Source: Candidatus Multivorans sp. (lineage in GTDB: Bacteria > Acidobacteriota > Thermoanaerobaculia > Multivoradales > Multivoraceae). Taken from it: a stretch of DNA of 64,000 nt. Location of the stretch: contig OZ251997.1 of the NCBI GenBank assembly GCA_965247095.1, positions 192,001 through 256,000 of the forward strand, given 5' to 3'. The notes beneath the pieces were generated by a model. The model was not told the DNA's origin, searched no databases, and saw nothing but the letters and a program-made list of their open reading frames with translations. Of this stretch, positions 37,072 to 46,645 are shown in pieces; the first letter of the stretch is position 1, and each line of letters begins with the position of its first letter. The position numbers and the translations under genes are program-made.

Positions 37072-37186
37072 ACTGTGCCGGAGAACGTATGGGAAGTCAA
37101 GGTGCGTATGGGCATTCCACGTTTGCTCAGATTCGCTAAGGAAATGCCCTTGACATCCGAGGGCGGCTTCATAACTGTGATAGTTA
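37072..37186. promoter_or_regulatory. divergent promoter region with candidate operator
   Basis: Minus strand TTGACT(37100-37095)-N17-CACAGT; plus strand TTGACA at 37150-37155; palindrome TAACTGT-G-ATAGTTA at 37172-37186. Confidence 0.45.
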
Positions 37187-37217
37187 GCCAGAACAAGCGA
37201 CAAGCAAGGGAGGTTGG

Positions 37218-40034
37218 ATGAAGTCACCTCATGGTTCACACGGGAGAGTTCTTCTCGCCCTCGGTGTTTTGCTGCTCCTTGTGTCGACGGCGGCCTACGG
37301 CCAGAACGTCGGCACGGTACGCGGTACGGTCCGCTCGGCGGACGGAGAATCGCTGCCCGGAGTGCTGGTGCAGGTTACGGGCGACATCGTGCGCGGCGAG
37401 CGCAATTCGGTGTCCGGGGCCACCGGCGAGTACCTGGTTGCCGGGCTTCCTCCAGGCCTGGTGACGCTGACCGCGACGCTCGAGGGGCTGGAGACGGAGA
37501 CGGTCGAAGGCGTCCGCGTCTCGATCTCCGGCGTGGCCGTCGTGGACTTCTCGATGCGGGTCGAAGGGGTCGAAGAGGCGATCACGGTGACCTCGGAGGC
37601 GCCAATCCTCGATGTGACGAGCTCCTCGGCCAGCAGCAGTTTCCAGGCCGAGTTGATCGACGCCAAGCCGACGACCCAGCGCAACTTCCAGGAACTGGCC
37701 CTGATGGCCCCCGGCGTCAGCGCGATCGGCCGCATCGGATCGGTCGGCGTGTATTCGGGGTTCGTCTCCGCTTACGGACGGGACGAGGGGTCGGTGGCCT
37801 GGAACGTCGACGGACTGAGCATCAACTTCCCGGATACCGGCAACATCTGGGGCGGGTGGGCCGACCCGGACACGATCGCCGAGGTGCAGGTGCTCGGCGT
37901 CGGCGCTCCGGCCGAGTACGGAAACATGACGGGCGCCGCGGTCAATGTGGTCACCAAGTCGGGAACTAACACCTTGCAGGGGCGGGTGGGCTACACCGGC
38001 GAGTTCGACGAGTTGACCTCCACGGGTCCCGAAGTGGAGGATGCGCTTGCGGTCGAGCGCGGTTTCGTGAGAGACACGTACAACAGTTGGGCCCTGTCGG
38101 CGGGCGGCCCGATCAAGAAGGACAAGCTGTACTTCTTCGCCGCGGTCGGGCTCAAGGAGGATCGGTTGCTGGAGCCGGGGGCGACTCCCAGCATCAACAT
38201 CCCGGTCAGCACCTTCGACCACTACAACCTGAAGCTGGACTGGTCGATCAACCCTTCGCACACGCTGACGGGCGCCTACCAGTTCGAGGAGTACGCGCGC
38301 TCGTACGGCAACAGCAGTCGCGTGATCACGAATCCGGCAGCGGTCGGCACCGAGTACTCGGTGGTCCCGTACTCCCGCTTCGGCTACCAGGGGGTGCTGG
38401 GCGGCAACACGATCTTCGAGGTGAACTGGTCCGACATCATCAACAAGAACCGCAACGTTTCGGCGACCGGCAGCCTGGAGCCGCCCTTCATCGACTACAA
38501 CACGAGTCCCCAGACGCTCAGCGGCGGCAAGACGTACCCCTACATGTACCCGGTGTGGTGGAACCGCGGTCACGCCAAGGTGACGCACTTCGCCGAGGAT
38601 CTCGGCGGCAGCCACGAGTTCAAGTTCGGATTCCAGTACAGCAGCACCGGCGAGAAGGCGGCGGCTGTCTATCCCGGCTTCGGTGGCAAGTACTACTACA
38701 AGTACGGGGCCAACTACTACGTCTACTCGCGCAAGGAGCACTACTACGGGGCGAACACGGAGGCTTTCGGGCTCTACGTGGACGATTCCTGGCGCGTCAA
38801 CGACCGTTTGACCCTGAACCTCGGCATACGGACCGACTCGGACGGGGGCGAGATTCCGCCCTATCCGATCCTGGAGTCCTACCTCTGCGACAAGCTGAAC
38901 TGCGGCGTCACGACCGGGGAGTTCCAGCCGAGGTACGCGGACGTCGTCGACTACTCGAGCGTCGACCCGCGGCTGGGGTTGGCCTACCGGATCGGCGACG
39001 GTGACAAACAGGCTGTCCTCCGGGCATCCGTCGGCAGGTACCACGAGACGAACGTCGTCTCCAACTGGCAGCAACCGCACCCCGACCGCCCGGTCGCCCG
39101 GTTCGGCTCCAGCCCGAACCGGCACGGTCCGTTCACCTACTTCCGCGAGTTGGGGGATGGCACCTTCGGGCTGCCGAGGAAGGATCTGAAACGACCGCAG
39201 ACGGATCAGTTCGCGGTCGGCTACGAACAGCAGCTTGGGGAGTACGTCGTCGGTCTTCAGTTCGTGGCGCACGAGACGACGGACCTGATCGGCTGGCAGA
39301 TCGCCGACGACGGCGAGTACGAGGACGTGCCGTACGTCAACCCCCTGACGGGCGAGACGATCATGTTGAAGAACATGATCGTTCAGCCTACGCTCCAGAA
39401 GGGCAACCGGCCCGGAGATGCGGCGAACGCTCCACCGGGGACGAAGTACCACCAGGAGTACAAGGGCGCCTTCCTCACCTTCGCCAAGCGCCACACCGGC
39501 CGCTGGTCGTTGAACTCGTCGCTCGGCTGGTCGGAGTCGAAGGGACAGCAGTCCAACGGACTCAGCCAGAACCAGAACACCGCGTTCTACATCGGTCAGG
39601 CGGGCTCCGATCCGAACCATCATCTCTATGGAGGCGGTTTGGGCCAGAGCGACCGGCCGTGGACGTTCAGGACCCAGGCGACCTTCGACCTGCCCTGGGA
39701 CCTCAGGTTGGTCACCATCCTGAACTACGAGGACGGCCGCCCGTACCGCCACCTGGCGCGGGAGCGACTGAACCAGGGGAACGTCACGGTTCCGCTGGAG
39801 CGGATGACCGGCAAGCGCCGGATGCCCGACGTCAAGACCATCGACCTCGGTCTTTCACGGAGGTTCTCGCGCGGCGATCGGGTCGGGTTCAAGGTCGATC
39901 TGCAGGTGTTGAACCTGCTGGACGACGACGGCCACTACTACTGGGGAAGCTACGGCCGCTATCCGGCCGAACTGGTACCGTCGCAGTACTTCCTGCCGCG
40001 ACGGATGGCGGTACGCGTGGGCCTTGACTTCTAG
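37218..40034 (+). CDS. TonB-dependent receptor with N-terminal carboxypeptidase-regulatory-like domain
   Basis: Signal peptide, GTVRGTV...LPGV.V, AEYG...GA.VNVVTKSGTN, DSWRVNDRLTLNLG.R, PRLG.AY, C-terminal Phe. Confidence 0.92.
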   Translation: MKSPHGSHGRVLLALGVLLLLVSTAAYGQNVGTVRGTVRSADGESLPGVLVQVTGDIVRGERNSVSGATGEYLVAGLPPGLVTLTATLEGLETETVEGVRVSISGVAVVDFSMRVEGVEEAITVTSEAPILDVTSSSASSSFQAELIDAKPTTQRNFQELALMAPGVSAIGRIGSVGVYSGFVSAYGRDEGSVAWNVDGLSINFPDTGNIWGGWADPDTIAEVQVLGVGAPAEYGNMTGAAVNVVTKSGTNTLQGRVGYTGEFDELTSTGPEVEDALAVERGFVRDTYNSWALSAGGPIKKDKLYFFAAVGLKEDRLLEPGATPSINIPVSTFDHYNLKLDWSINPSHTLTGAYQFEEYARSYGNSSRVITNPAAVGTEYSVVPYSRFGYQGVLGGNTIFEVNWSDIINKNRNVSATGSLEPPFIDYNTSPQTLSGGKTYPYMYPVWWNRGHAKVTHFAEDLGGSHEFKFGFQYSSTGEKAAAVYPGFGGKYYYKYGANYYVYSRKEHYYGANTEAFGLYVDDSWRVNDRLTLNLGIRTDSDGGEIPPYPILESYLCDKLNCGVTTGEFQPRYADVVDYSSVDPRLGLAYRIGDGDKQAVLRASVGRYHETNVVSNWQQPHPDRPVARFGSSPNRHGPFTYFRELGDGTFGLPRKDLKRPQTDQFAVGYEQQLGEYVVGLQFVAHETTDLIGWQIADDGEYEDVPYVNPLTGETIMLKNMIVQPTLQKGNRPGDAANAPPGTKYHQEYKGAFLTFAKRHTGRWSLNSSLGWSESKGQQSNGLSQNQNTAFYIGQAGSDPNHHLYGGGLGQSDRPWTFRTQATFDLPWDLRLVTILNYEDGRPYRHLARERLNQGNVTVPLERMTGKRRMPDVKTIDLGLSRRFSRGDRVGFKVDLQVLNLLDDDGHYYWGSYGRYPAELVPSQYFLPRRMAVRVGLDF

Positions 40035-40051
40035 GGGTCTGTGCGGCGGAG

Positions 40052-40630
40052 ATGGAACGAACTGAACAACCTCTGGAAAGGTGGATTCCTGACATGACGA
40101 CTAAGCCCGACACGCCACTTCCCTTGGATCGCCGCACTCTGCTGGCCGCGGCCTCACTCGGAATCGTCGCGGCAGCCTGCGCTCCGGCGGAGGAGGAAGC
40201 CGCTGCGATGGAGGAGGAAACCGCTCCGGCAGGTGACGACGGCGGTCTGACGGAGGCGGAACTGTCGCATCGGCAGACGGCCCGCGACTTCGTCAAAGCG
40301 CTCGAGACGTCGGATTGGGACGCGTTCTCGGGCCTGCTCGCCGACGACGCCCGGTTCATCACCCACGCTGCGGAAGGCCCGTACGCCCGGTCACACTCGG
40401 AGGGCGGCGCGGTGATCACCGAAGCGATGACGCAGTTGATGGGGGGATTGACCGATCCCCACCTGACGATCACCCGCGAGCGGGTGCTGGGACACCTCGT
40501 GATCCACGAGCGCGAGGAGACCTTCACCACCGCGGACGGCCCCGCAGAAACGAACATCACCGCGATGTACCTCGTCCACCAGGGCAAGGTGCAGATCTGG
40601 TTCGAGCTGGTGGGTGAGCTGCCGGCTTAG
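40052..40630 (+). CDS. Tat lipoprotein with NTF2/SnoaL (limonene epoxide hydrolase-like) fold
   Basis: DRRTLL, AAAC lipobox; DWDAFSGLLADDA, VIHEREETF, GKVQIW. Start may be ATG 40094. Confidence 0.6.
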   Translation: MERTEQPLERWIPDMTTKPDTPLPLDRRTLLAAASLGIVAAACAPAEEEAAAMEEETAPAGDDGGLTEAELSHRQTARDFVKALETSDWDAFSGLLADDARFITHAAEGPYARSHSEGGAVITEAMTQLMGGLTDPHLTITRERVLGHLVIHEREETFTTADGPAETNITAMYLVHQGKVQIWFELVGELPA

Positions 40631-43020
40631 CGTCGGCGTTGCAGGCGCCGTCCGTTGTCGACGGCTTCCCTCGCCTCGCCCAGGCGGCCCCTACGGTTGA
40701 GGATGTCGGCGAGAACGAAGTAGCCGAACGGACCGAAGGCGCCATCCGGATCGAGACGCAGACCTTCTCGTGCCAGCGCCTCGGCGCGGTCCAGGTCGTC
40801 TCCTCGGTCCATGTGGAGCTTGGCCAGGTGGTAATAGCCGAGGACAAACTCCGGGTTCGACCGGATCGCCGTACGCCACATCTCCAGGTGTTCCTCCGGC
40901 CGGTCGAGTTCGCCGTAGAGGCGTCCCAGGTTGAACTGGGCCCGGAAGTGGTAGGGAGCGTGCCTGATCGCATCCTCGTAAGCGGCGACCGCGTCTTCGA
41001 TGCGTGAGGCCTCTTCGTGGGTGAGCCCCAGGTTGAAGTGGGCCTGACCGATCTCGGGGTTCTTGGCGATGGCCTTCTGGAAGTGGACCGCCGACTCCCG
41101 GCTCTGTCCCAGGAGCGCCAGGAGTTCGCCGTGCTGGTTGTGGATCCACGCCGGGGCCAGCTCGTCGGCGGCAGCCGCTTCCACGACTCGCAGCGCATCG
41201 GGGAGGCGGTCGAGATCGGCATAGATGTCGCTCATGGCGATTGCCGCGTTCGACTCGTAGGGCGCCAACTCCTGCAGGCGGTGGAAGCCGACCAGGGCTT
41301 CCTCGAGGCGGCCGAGGCGCCAGTAGCTGGTCGCGAGGCCGAGCAGCGAGGCCTGGTGCTCCGGGTTCAGGGCGAGGGCCCGCTGGTAGAGGTCGAGCGC
41401 CTGTTGCTCGAGTTCTCTCGCTTCGGCGGGTTCCGCTTGGCGCGAAGCGATGTCGGCCTGGCGTCCGATGATGCCGCCGAGCATCTGGTTCGCGTCGACG
41501 ATGTTGTCGTCCAGAGCCAGGGCCGCGCGCAGGTACTCTTCAGCCCCCTGTTCGTCGCCGCGCCCGATCAGGCTCTGCGCCTCCATGATCGCCCGGTGGA
41601 CGGCGATCCTCTCCTTCGGGTCCGTTCGCGGGGCGCCGTCGTTGTCGTTGACTCTGGAGCTGGCGCGGCCCGCCAGGTAGCCCAGGGCGCGCAGTTGCGC
41701 CAGAGTCTCGGTATCGAGGTCGGGCAGCCGGCCGGTCCGGTCGCCTGACGGTGTCAGACCGCTGGCGTAGTTGACGAGACGGTCCCGCAGGGACCTCGAC
41801 AGCTCGCGGTCTCGGAGCACTACGTTGTCCGCTTCGTCCTCGTCTTCGGATAGCAGGTAGAGCTCCGGATTCGTCGTGTCGATGAACTTCTCGGATTCCG
41901 TGCGGATCGAGCGCAGAGGCGCCCAGTTGTAGTGGTAGAGGGAGTAGTACGACTCCGTGTAGACCTCCCGTTGCGTTTCGAGTTCGCGGCCCAGGATCGA
42001 GGGCAGCAGATCGGCGCCCTGCACGGCTGCCGGCGCTTCCTCGCCGACGATCGAAAGGACGGTCGGCAGGATGTCGACATGGCTTACCGCCTCGTCGACG
42101 ATCCGCTCTTCGAAGTCTCCGAAGGGCAGGCGCAGGATGAGGGGAACGTGGACGGTGGAGTCGTAGATGAAGTAGCCGTGGAACCCCTCGCCGTGCTGGC
42201 CCAATCCCTCGCCGTGGTCGGAGGTGAGGAGGAGCACCGACTCGTCCAGGACGCCTCGACTCTCGAGGCCTTCGCGCAACACGCCGACGAGGGAGTCGGT
42301 GTAGGCCACCTCGGCGTCGTAGGGGCGGTCGGGATACTGGGACCGGTAGGGTTCAGGCGGCGTGTAGGGGTCGTGCGGCTCGAACAGGTGGACCCACAGA
42401 AAGAACGGTTGGTCCCGGGGCTCGTCGAGCCACGCGAACGCCTCCTCGATCGTGTCGCGCCCATCGTGCTGAACCTGGCCGACGTTCACGGAGGGCTTGT
42501 TCGGGTCGAGCTGGAAGTCGTCGCGATAGTGATCGAAGCCGCGGCCGATGCCCCAGCGCGAGTCGAGGACGAAGGCGCTGACGAACCCCGCGGTGTCCCA
42601 TCCGGCCGCCGAGAGCCGCTCGGCGAGAGTGGGCACCGTTTCGTCGAGGTAGTAGCCCACGTTCTCCCGTACGCCGTGGAACGGCGGGTAGGTACCGGTC
42701 ATGATCGAGGAGTGGGCCGGCAATGTGAACGGCACGGTGGTGGCGGCGTTGGAAAAGCGCACGCCTTCACTCGCAAGCCTGTCGATGTGAGGGGTGGAGA
42801 CCTGCTCTGAGCCGTAGCTGGAGAGCCGGTCCGCTCGCAGGGTGTCGATCGTGACCAGAATGACGTTCAGGCGGCCTGGTTCGACCTCGCCGGCGAGTTC
42901 TTCCCAGGTCGGCAGCGGTTCCGGCGCCGTCTCGGGGCGCGGCTCAGGGTCGCTTTCGGGAGCGCATCCGGGCAGCAGCCCGAAGGCAAGAACAGCCGCC
43001 AGAGCGCGTGCGCCGGTCAC
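40627..43020 (-). CDS. sulfatase-like hydrolase with C-terminal TPRs, lipoprotein
   Basis: GTG 43020; LLPGC lipobox; NVILVTIDTLRAD, TLPAHSSIMTG, HLFEPHDPY, TSDHGE, TPR repeats. Confidence 0.88.
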   Translation of the reverse strand: MTGARALAAVLAFGLLPGCAPESDPEPRPETAPEPLPTWEELAGEVEPGRLNVILVTIDTLRADRLSSYGSEQVSTPHIDRLASEGVRFSNAATTVPFTLPAHSSIMTGTYPPFHGVRENVGYYLDETVPTLAERLSAAGWDTAGFVSAFVLDSRWGIGRGFDHYRDDFQLDPNKPSVNVGQVQHDGRDTIEEAFAWLDEPRDQPFFLWVHLFEPHDPYTPPEPYRSQYPDRPYDAEVAYTDSLVGVLREGLESRGVLDESVLLLTSDHGEGLGQHGEGFHGYFIYDSTVHVPLILRLPFGDFEERIVDEAVSHVDILPTVLSIVGEEAPAAVQGADLLPSILGRELETQREVYTESYYSLYHYNWAPLRSIRTESEKFIDTTNPELYLLSEDEDEADNVVLRDRELSRSLRDRLVNYASGLTPSGDRTGRLPDLDTETLAQLRALGYLAGRASSRVNDNDGAPRTDPKERIAVHRAIMEAQSLIGRGDEQGAEEYLRAALALDDNIVDANQMLGGIIGRQADIASRQAEPAEARELEQQALDLYQRALALNPEHQASLLGLATSYWRLGRLEEALVGFHRLQELAPYESNAAIAMSDIYADLDRLPDALRVVEAAAADELAPAWIHNQHGELLALLGQSRESAVHFQKAIAKNPEIGQAHFNLGLTHEEASRIEDAVAAYEDAIRHAPYHFRAQFNLGRLYGELDRPEEHLEMWRTAIRSNPEFVLGYYHLAKLHMDRGDDLDRAEALAREGLRLDPDGAFGPFGYFVLADILNRRGRLGEAREAVDNGRRLQRRR

Positions 43021-45233
43021 GGGTCGATCAGGTCCACCAATTCGCGGACGCCGCTGTCGAAGCGCTGGAACGCCCGCTGAGCCCGCGCCCGGTCGGCCAG
43101 GTCGCCGCCGCGGTCGAGTTCGGCGGCGCTCTGCATGACCCGCCCGATCGCCTTGCGCGCCTGGCCGCGCTGCCGGGCGCTCAGGCCGCTCAGCCGGTCG
43201 AGCAGCACCTCGGCGAGATCGCGGGCGTCGAAGGCGGGCACGTAGAGGGTGAGCCATTCGCCGTTCTCGATCTGGGTGCGCACCCGGTCCCGTTTGTTCG
43301 CCATCAGCGCCACGATCGCGATTGGATCTTCGGGGATCGTCATTGGCGGCCGCTCGTGGCTGTGCGGACCGGTCCGGATCGCGGTGCTCCGCGAGCCGCC
43401 GCCCGCGGGCTCGACCGTCGTCTCCTCGAAGTAGAAGTCGTAGCGCTGCTGATCGCCGGCCAGCCAGACGTGGGCGAAGAACTCGCCGGGGAGTTCTTCG
43501 GGGATCTCGGACAGGAGGTAGTCGCTGCCGACGGCCGGCGCCATCGGGTAGCGGGTCTCGTCCCAACCCTCCGTCTCTTCGTTCCACGCTTCGAACACGA
43601 CTTGGCCGCTGAAGTTCCGTGGATCGACCGGCTGCTTGAAGTCGTCGTAGACGTAGAGCCGGAATTCGCCGGGCCGGGGCAGGGCGCCCTCCAGGTGATG
43701 GTAGTTGTTCGCCGCCATGAAGAACTGGCCGCCGTGGAGCGGGTTGTGGTCCATGTGCGCGGCGGCGTTCGGATCGGCGGGGTCGAGCCCGCTCGATGCC
43801 GTCCCGCTTCCGGGTGCGCCGCCGGTCGCCGTGCCGCCGAACGCCTCGGTCAACATGCCGCCGCGCGACGGCGGCTGTTCGCGGGGCTCGAAGATGTCGG
43901 GCAGGACGAGGTGGTCGTCGAGTTCGTAGTCCAGGTTGAGGGCGAACGCCTGGACGACGGTCTCCTTGCCTTTCGCGACATCGAACGATCCGACCAGCTC
44001 GACGCGAGTTCCCGGCGGCGCGTGAATGGGCTCCTCGAACAGGTAGGAGGCGGGGAACTCGGGGTCGTACTCGGGGACGTAGAGCACGGTCTGGAGCCGC
44101 TGGTCGGGGAAGTGGACGCGGACCTCCATGCTGGCGAGCCGGTCGCCGACGTCTGGATGCAGTCCGATCAGCCGGGCACGCTCGGACAGGGTCATGCTCG
44201 CGGTCTGCGTGCGCGCGGCGCGGCGGCCCTTGAGCGTGACCTCGCCGCCGGCCTGCGCGCTCTCGACCCACAGCTCGACCTCGTCCTCGGACTGGGCCAG
44301 GAAGAGTCCCAGACTCGAACGGTCGCGGACAAGGGTTCGGGAGTCGTCGCCCGGCCGCCGGCGGTACTCGACCAGGAGCTCGATCGTAGCGCCGCGGCGC
44401 AGCCGCTTGCCGGCGCCGTCCGGCAGCAGCACCGGGTCGTCGCCGCGAAGCCACTGACCCAGGAAGTGGGGGCCGACCGTTGCGGTCCGTGTCCGGGTCG
44501 GCTCGGGTTCATCCTCGTCGCGGAAGGGGTCGTAGGGGACCTGGACCTCGACTTCGAGTTGCTCAGCGGGCGCGTCTTCGGGGTCGTGTACCCAGGCCGC
44601 CATCCGGTAGACCACGCCGGGGTGTTGCGGCCGGAACTCGTAGCCGGTGATCCAGGCGTCCTGTTCGAGTTCGACGGCGAGCCGCTCGCGCTGGCGGGCG
44701 GTCTGCCGACCGGGCGCGACAACCGTCTCGGCGGCGGGCTCGACGACCAGATCGGGCACGCCGAGCACCCATTCCTCTTCCGTGAACTCGGGCGGTGGAG
44801 GCAGGTTGCGACGCGGCCCCTGGGGCCCGCCGCCCTGGACCCAGGCCACCACGATGTCGATCTCGCGCTGGCTCATGCGGCGCGAGTTGCGGAAGTGGTC
44901 GTAGCGGGCATCGGCGGTCCACGGCGGCATGCGGCCGGTGAGCAGTTCCTCCTCGATCGCCACGCCCCATGCTCGGGCGCCGGGTTTGGCGTCGTTGCCG
45001 TAGGTGGTCAGGTCGATGTAGTCGGGCGCCGACCCCTTCGGGTTGTGGCACGGCATGCAGTAGCGCCGGAGGATCGGGCGCACGTCGTCGGCGAAGTTGA
45101 TGTCCGTCGTGATCCGCACGTGGGCGGGCGCCGGCTCGGTGGCGATCCCGGTCAGCGTCAGCGCCGCCAGGCCGATCACGGCCGCGGCCGCGGCGATGGA
45201 TCTGCCGTGGCGGGTCGTTCGCCTCTGTCTCAT
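43017..45233 (-). CDS. secreted cytochrome c / Cu-type-II monooxygenase-like fusion with His-rich C-terminal domain
   Basis: DVRPILRRYCMPCH, MPPW.AD, W.LG.PDLV; C-terminal HMDHNPLHGGQFFMAANNYHHLEG. Confidence 0.6.
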   Translation of the reverse strand: MRQRRTTRHGRSIAAAAAVIGLAALTLTGIATEPAPAHVRITTDINFADDVRPILRRYCMPCHNPKGSAPDYIDLTTYGNDAKPGARAWGVAIEEELLTGRMPPWTADARYDHFRNSRRMSQREIDIVVAWVQGGGPQGPRRNLPPPPEFTEEEWVLGVPDLVVEPAAETVVAPGRQTARQRERLAVELEQDAWITGYEFRPQHPGVVYRMAAWVHDPEDAPAEQLEVEVQVPYDPFRDEDEPEPTRTRTATVGPHFLGQWLRGDDPVLLPDGAGKRLRRGATIELLVEYRRRPGDDSRTLVRDRSSLGLFLAQSEDEVELWVESAQAGGEVTLKGRRAARTQTASMTLSERARLIGLHPDVGDRLASMEVRVHFPDQRLQTVLYVPEYDPEFPASYLFEEPIHAPPGTRVELVGSFDVAKGKETVVQAFALNLDYELDDHLVLPDIFEPREQPPSRGGMLTEAFGGTATGGAPGSGTASSGLDPADPNAAAHMDHNPLHGGQFFMAANNYHHLEGALPRPGEFRLYVYDDFKQPVDPRNFSGQVVFEAWNEETEGWDETRYPMAPAVGSDYLLSEIPEELPGEFFAHVWLAGDQQRYDFYFEETTVEPAGGGSRSTAIRTGPHSHERPPMTIPEDPIAIVALMANKRDRVRTQIENGEWLTLYVPAFDARDLAEVLLDRLSGLSARQRGQARKAIGRVMQSAAELDRGGDLADRARAQRAFQRFDSGVRELVDLIDP

Positions 45234-45856
45234 TGCCCCTCTCCGGAGTAGACCGACAGGTTGCCCTCGCTGTCGGCGAGGAACAGTGGCCGGAACTCGA
45301 AGCCGAGGTCGCGCAGACGTTCTCCGCCGCCCTGCTGGCGATCGACGACAGCCGACACGGCAACGACCTTGCAGCCCTCGGCCTGCACCGCCTCGATCGC
45401 TCGGATGATGGAGCCGGCCGAGGTGACGACGTCGTCGACGACGGCGACCCGGCGTCCCTCGGCGATCAGCTTGCGACCGTCCGGATGGTACGAAGCATCG
45501 ATCTTGGCGCTGGTGCCGTGGCCCTTCGCCTTGTTGCGGACCAGGAAGCCGAACAGAGGCGGACCTTCCATGTCGCTTGCTACGGATGCCGCGGTGGCCA
45601 GGTAGGCGCCGCCGACCTCGGGTCCGCCGACCGCGTCGATGCCGAAGGGCCGCAGTTGCTCGCGGAGCGCCTCGCCGATCAGCCGCGAGCCGCGCGGAGA
45701 CAGCACGGTCGCCTTGGTGTCGCAGTAGTAGTGGGAGTGCGCGCCGGAGGTGAGCGTGAAGCTCCCCTTGGCGATGCTCCGCTCCTGGAGCAGCGCCTGG
45801 AGTTCGTGCAATCGCAGGTCTGTTTCCGGGTTCGGCACGGCCGGAGAGGGTATCAA
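45230..45856 (-). CDS. pyrE: orotate phosphoribosyltransferase
   Basis: FTLTSG..S.YYCD, VRNKAKGHG, VVDDVVTSAGS, VVDR. Confidence 0.92.
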   Translation of the reverse strand: MIPSPAVPNPETDLRLHELQALLQERSIAKGSFTLTSGAHSHYYCDTKATVLSPRGSRLIGEALREQLRPFGIDAVGGPEVGGAYLATAASVASDMEGPPLFGFLVRNKAKGHGTSAKIDASYHPDGRKLIAEGRRVAVVDDVVTSAGSIIRAIEAVQAEGCKVVAVSAVVDRQQGGGERLRDLGFEFRPLFLADSEGNLSVYSGEGQ

Positions 45857-46087
45857 CGACGGTCGGCTGCCGGCCTTTTCCGGACCGGGCGGGTGGTACT
45901 CTCAAGGCCCTTGCCCCGGGCACCAGGAGGCGAACGATGAGTTCGACGCGTCGACACGCGGCCTACCGATCCATCAAGCGATTCATGATCCGCACGGCGC
46001 CACCGATGGAGCTGTTGGCGGTGTTGTCGGGCGCCAATCTCACTCTCGCGGTCCTGTTCCTACTTGGCTTCTTTGACTGTTGACGCC

Positions 46088-46645
46088 GTGTCGGAACGCG
46101 CCCCGGCCCGTATCGGCATCGTCACCGTCTCGGATCGGGCCTCCCGCGGGGAGTACGAGGACCGCGGCGGCCCTGCGATCCGCGACTACCTGGCGGAGGT
46201 CCTGACGTCGCCTTGGGAGCCCTGTGAGCGCGTGGTCGAGGACGAAGTCGAGCGGATCGAGGCGGCGCTCCGGGAACTCTGCGACGACGAAGGCTGCTGC
46301 CTGGTCGTGACCACCGGCGGTACCGGCCCGGCGCCACGCGACGTGACCCCGGAGGCGACCCTGGCCGTATGCGAGAAGCCGATGCCGGGGTTCGGCGAGC
46401 TGATGCGCCAGGTGTCGCTCAAGGCCGTGCCGACCGCGATCCTGTCGCGGCAGACTGCGGGGATCCGCGGCTCGTCGCTGATCGTCAACCTTCCGGGGCA
46501 GCCAAAGGCGATCGGGGAGTGCCTGGACGCGGTGTTTCCGGCGATTCCGTACTGCGTCGATCTGATCGGCGGGCCGTACCTGACCACGAACGAGGTGCGG
46601 ATCAAGGCGTTCCGGCCGAAGTCGGCGAAGAAGCCGGCGGGCTGA
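46088..46645 (+). CDS. mog: molybdopterin adenylyltransferase
   Basis: VTVSDRASRG.YED.GGP, TTGGTGPAPRDVTPEAT, MPGFGE, LSRQTAGIRG, NLPGQPK. Confidence 0.95.
   Translation: MSERAPARIGIVTVSDRASRGEYEDRGGPAIRDYLAEVLTSPWEPCERVVEDEVERIEAALRELCDDEGCCLVVTTGGTGPAPRDVTPEATLAVCEKPMPGFGELMRQVSLKAVPTAILSRQTAGIRGSSLIVNLPGQPKAIGECLDAVFPAIPYCVDLIGGPYLTTNEVRIKAFRPKSAKKPAG

Noticed and set aside
40627-45923. very long ORFs of 1275 aa and 968 aa as single fusion proteins
   Set aside because: Their N-terminal parts are off-frame readings of upstream genes; the real starts are at 43020 and 45233.
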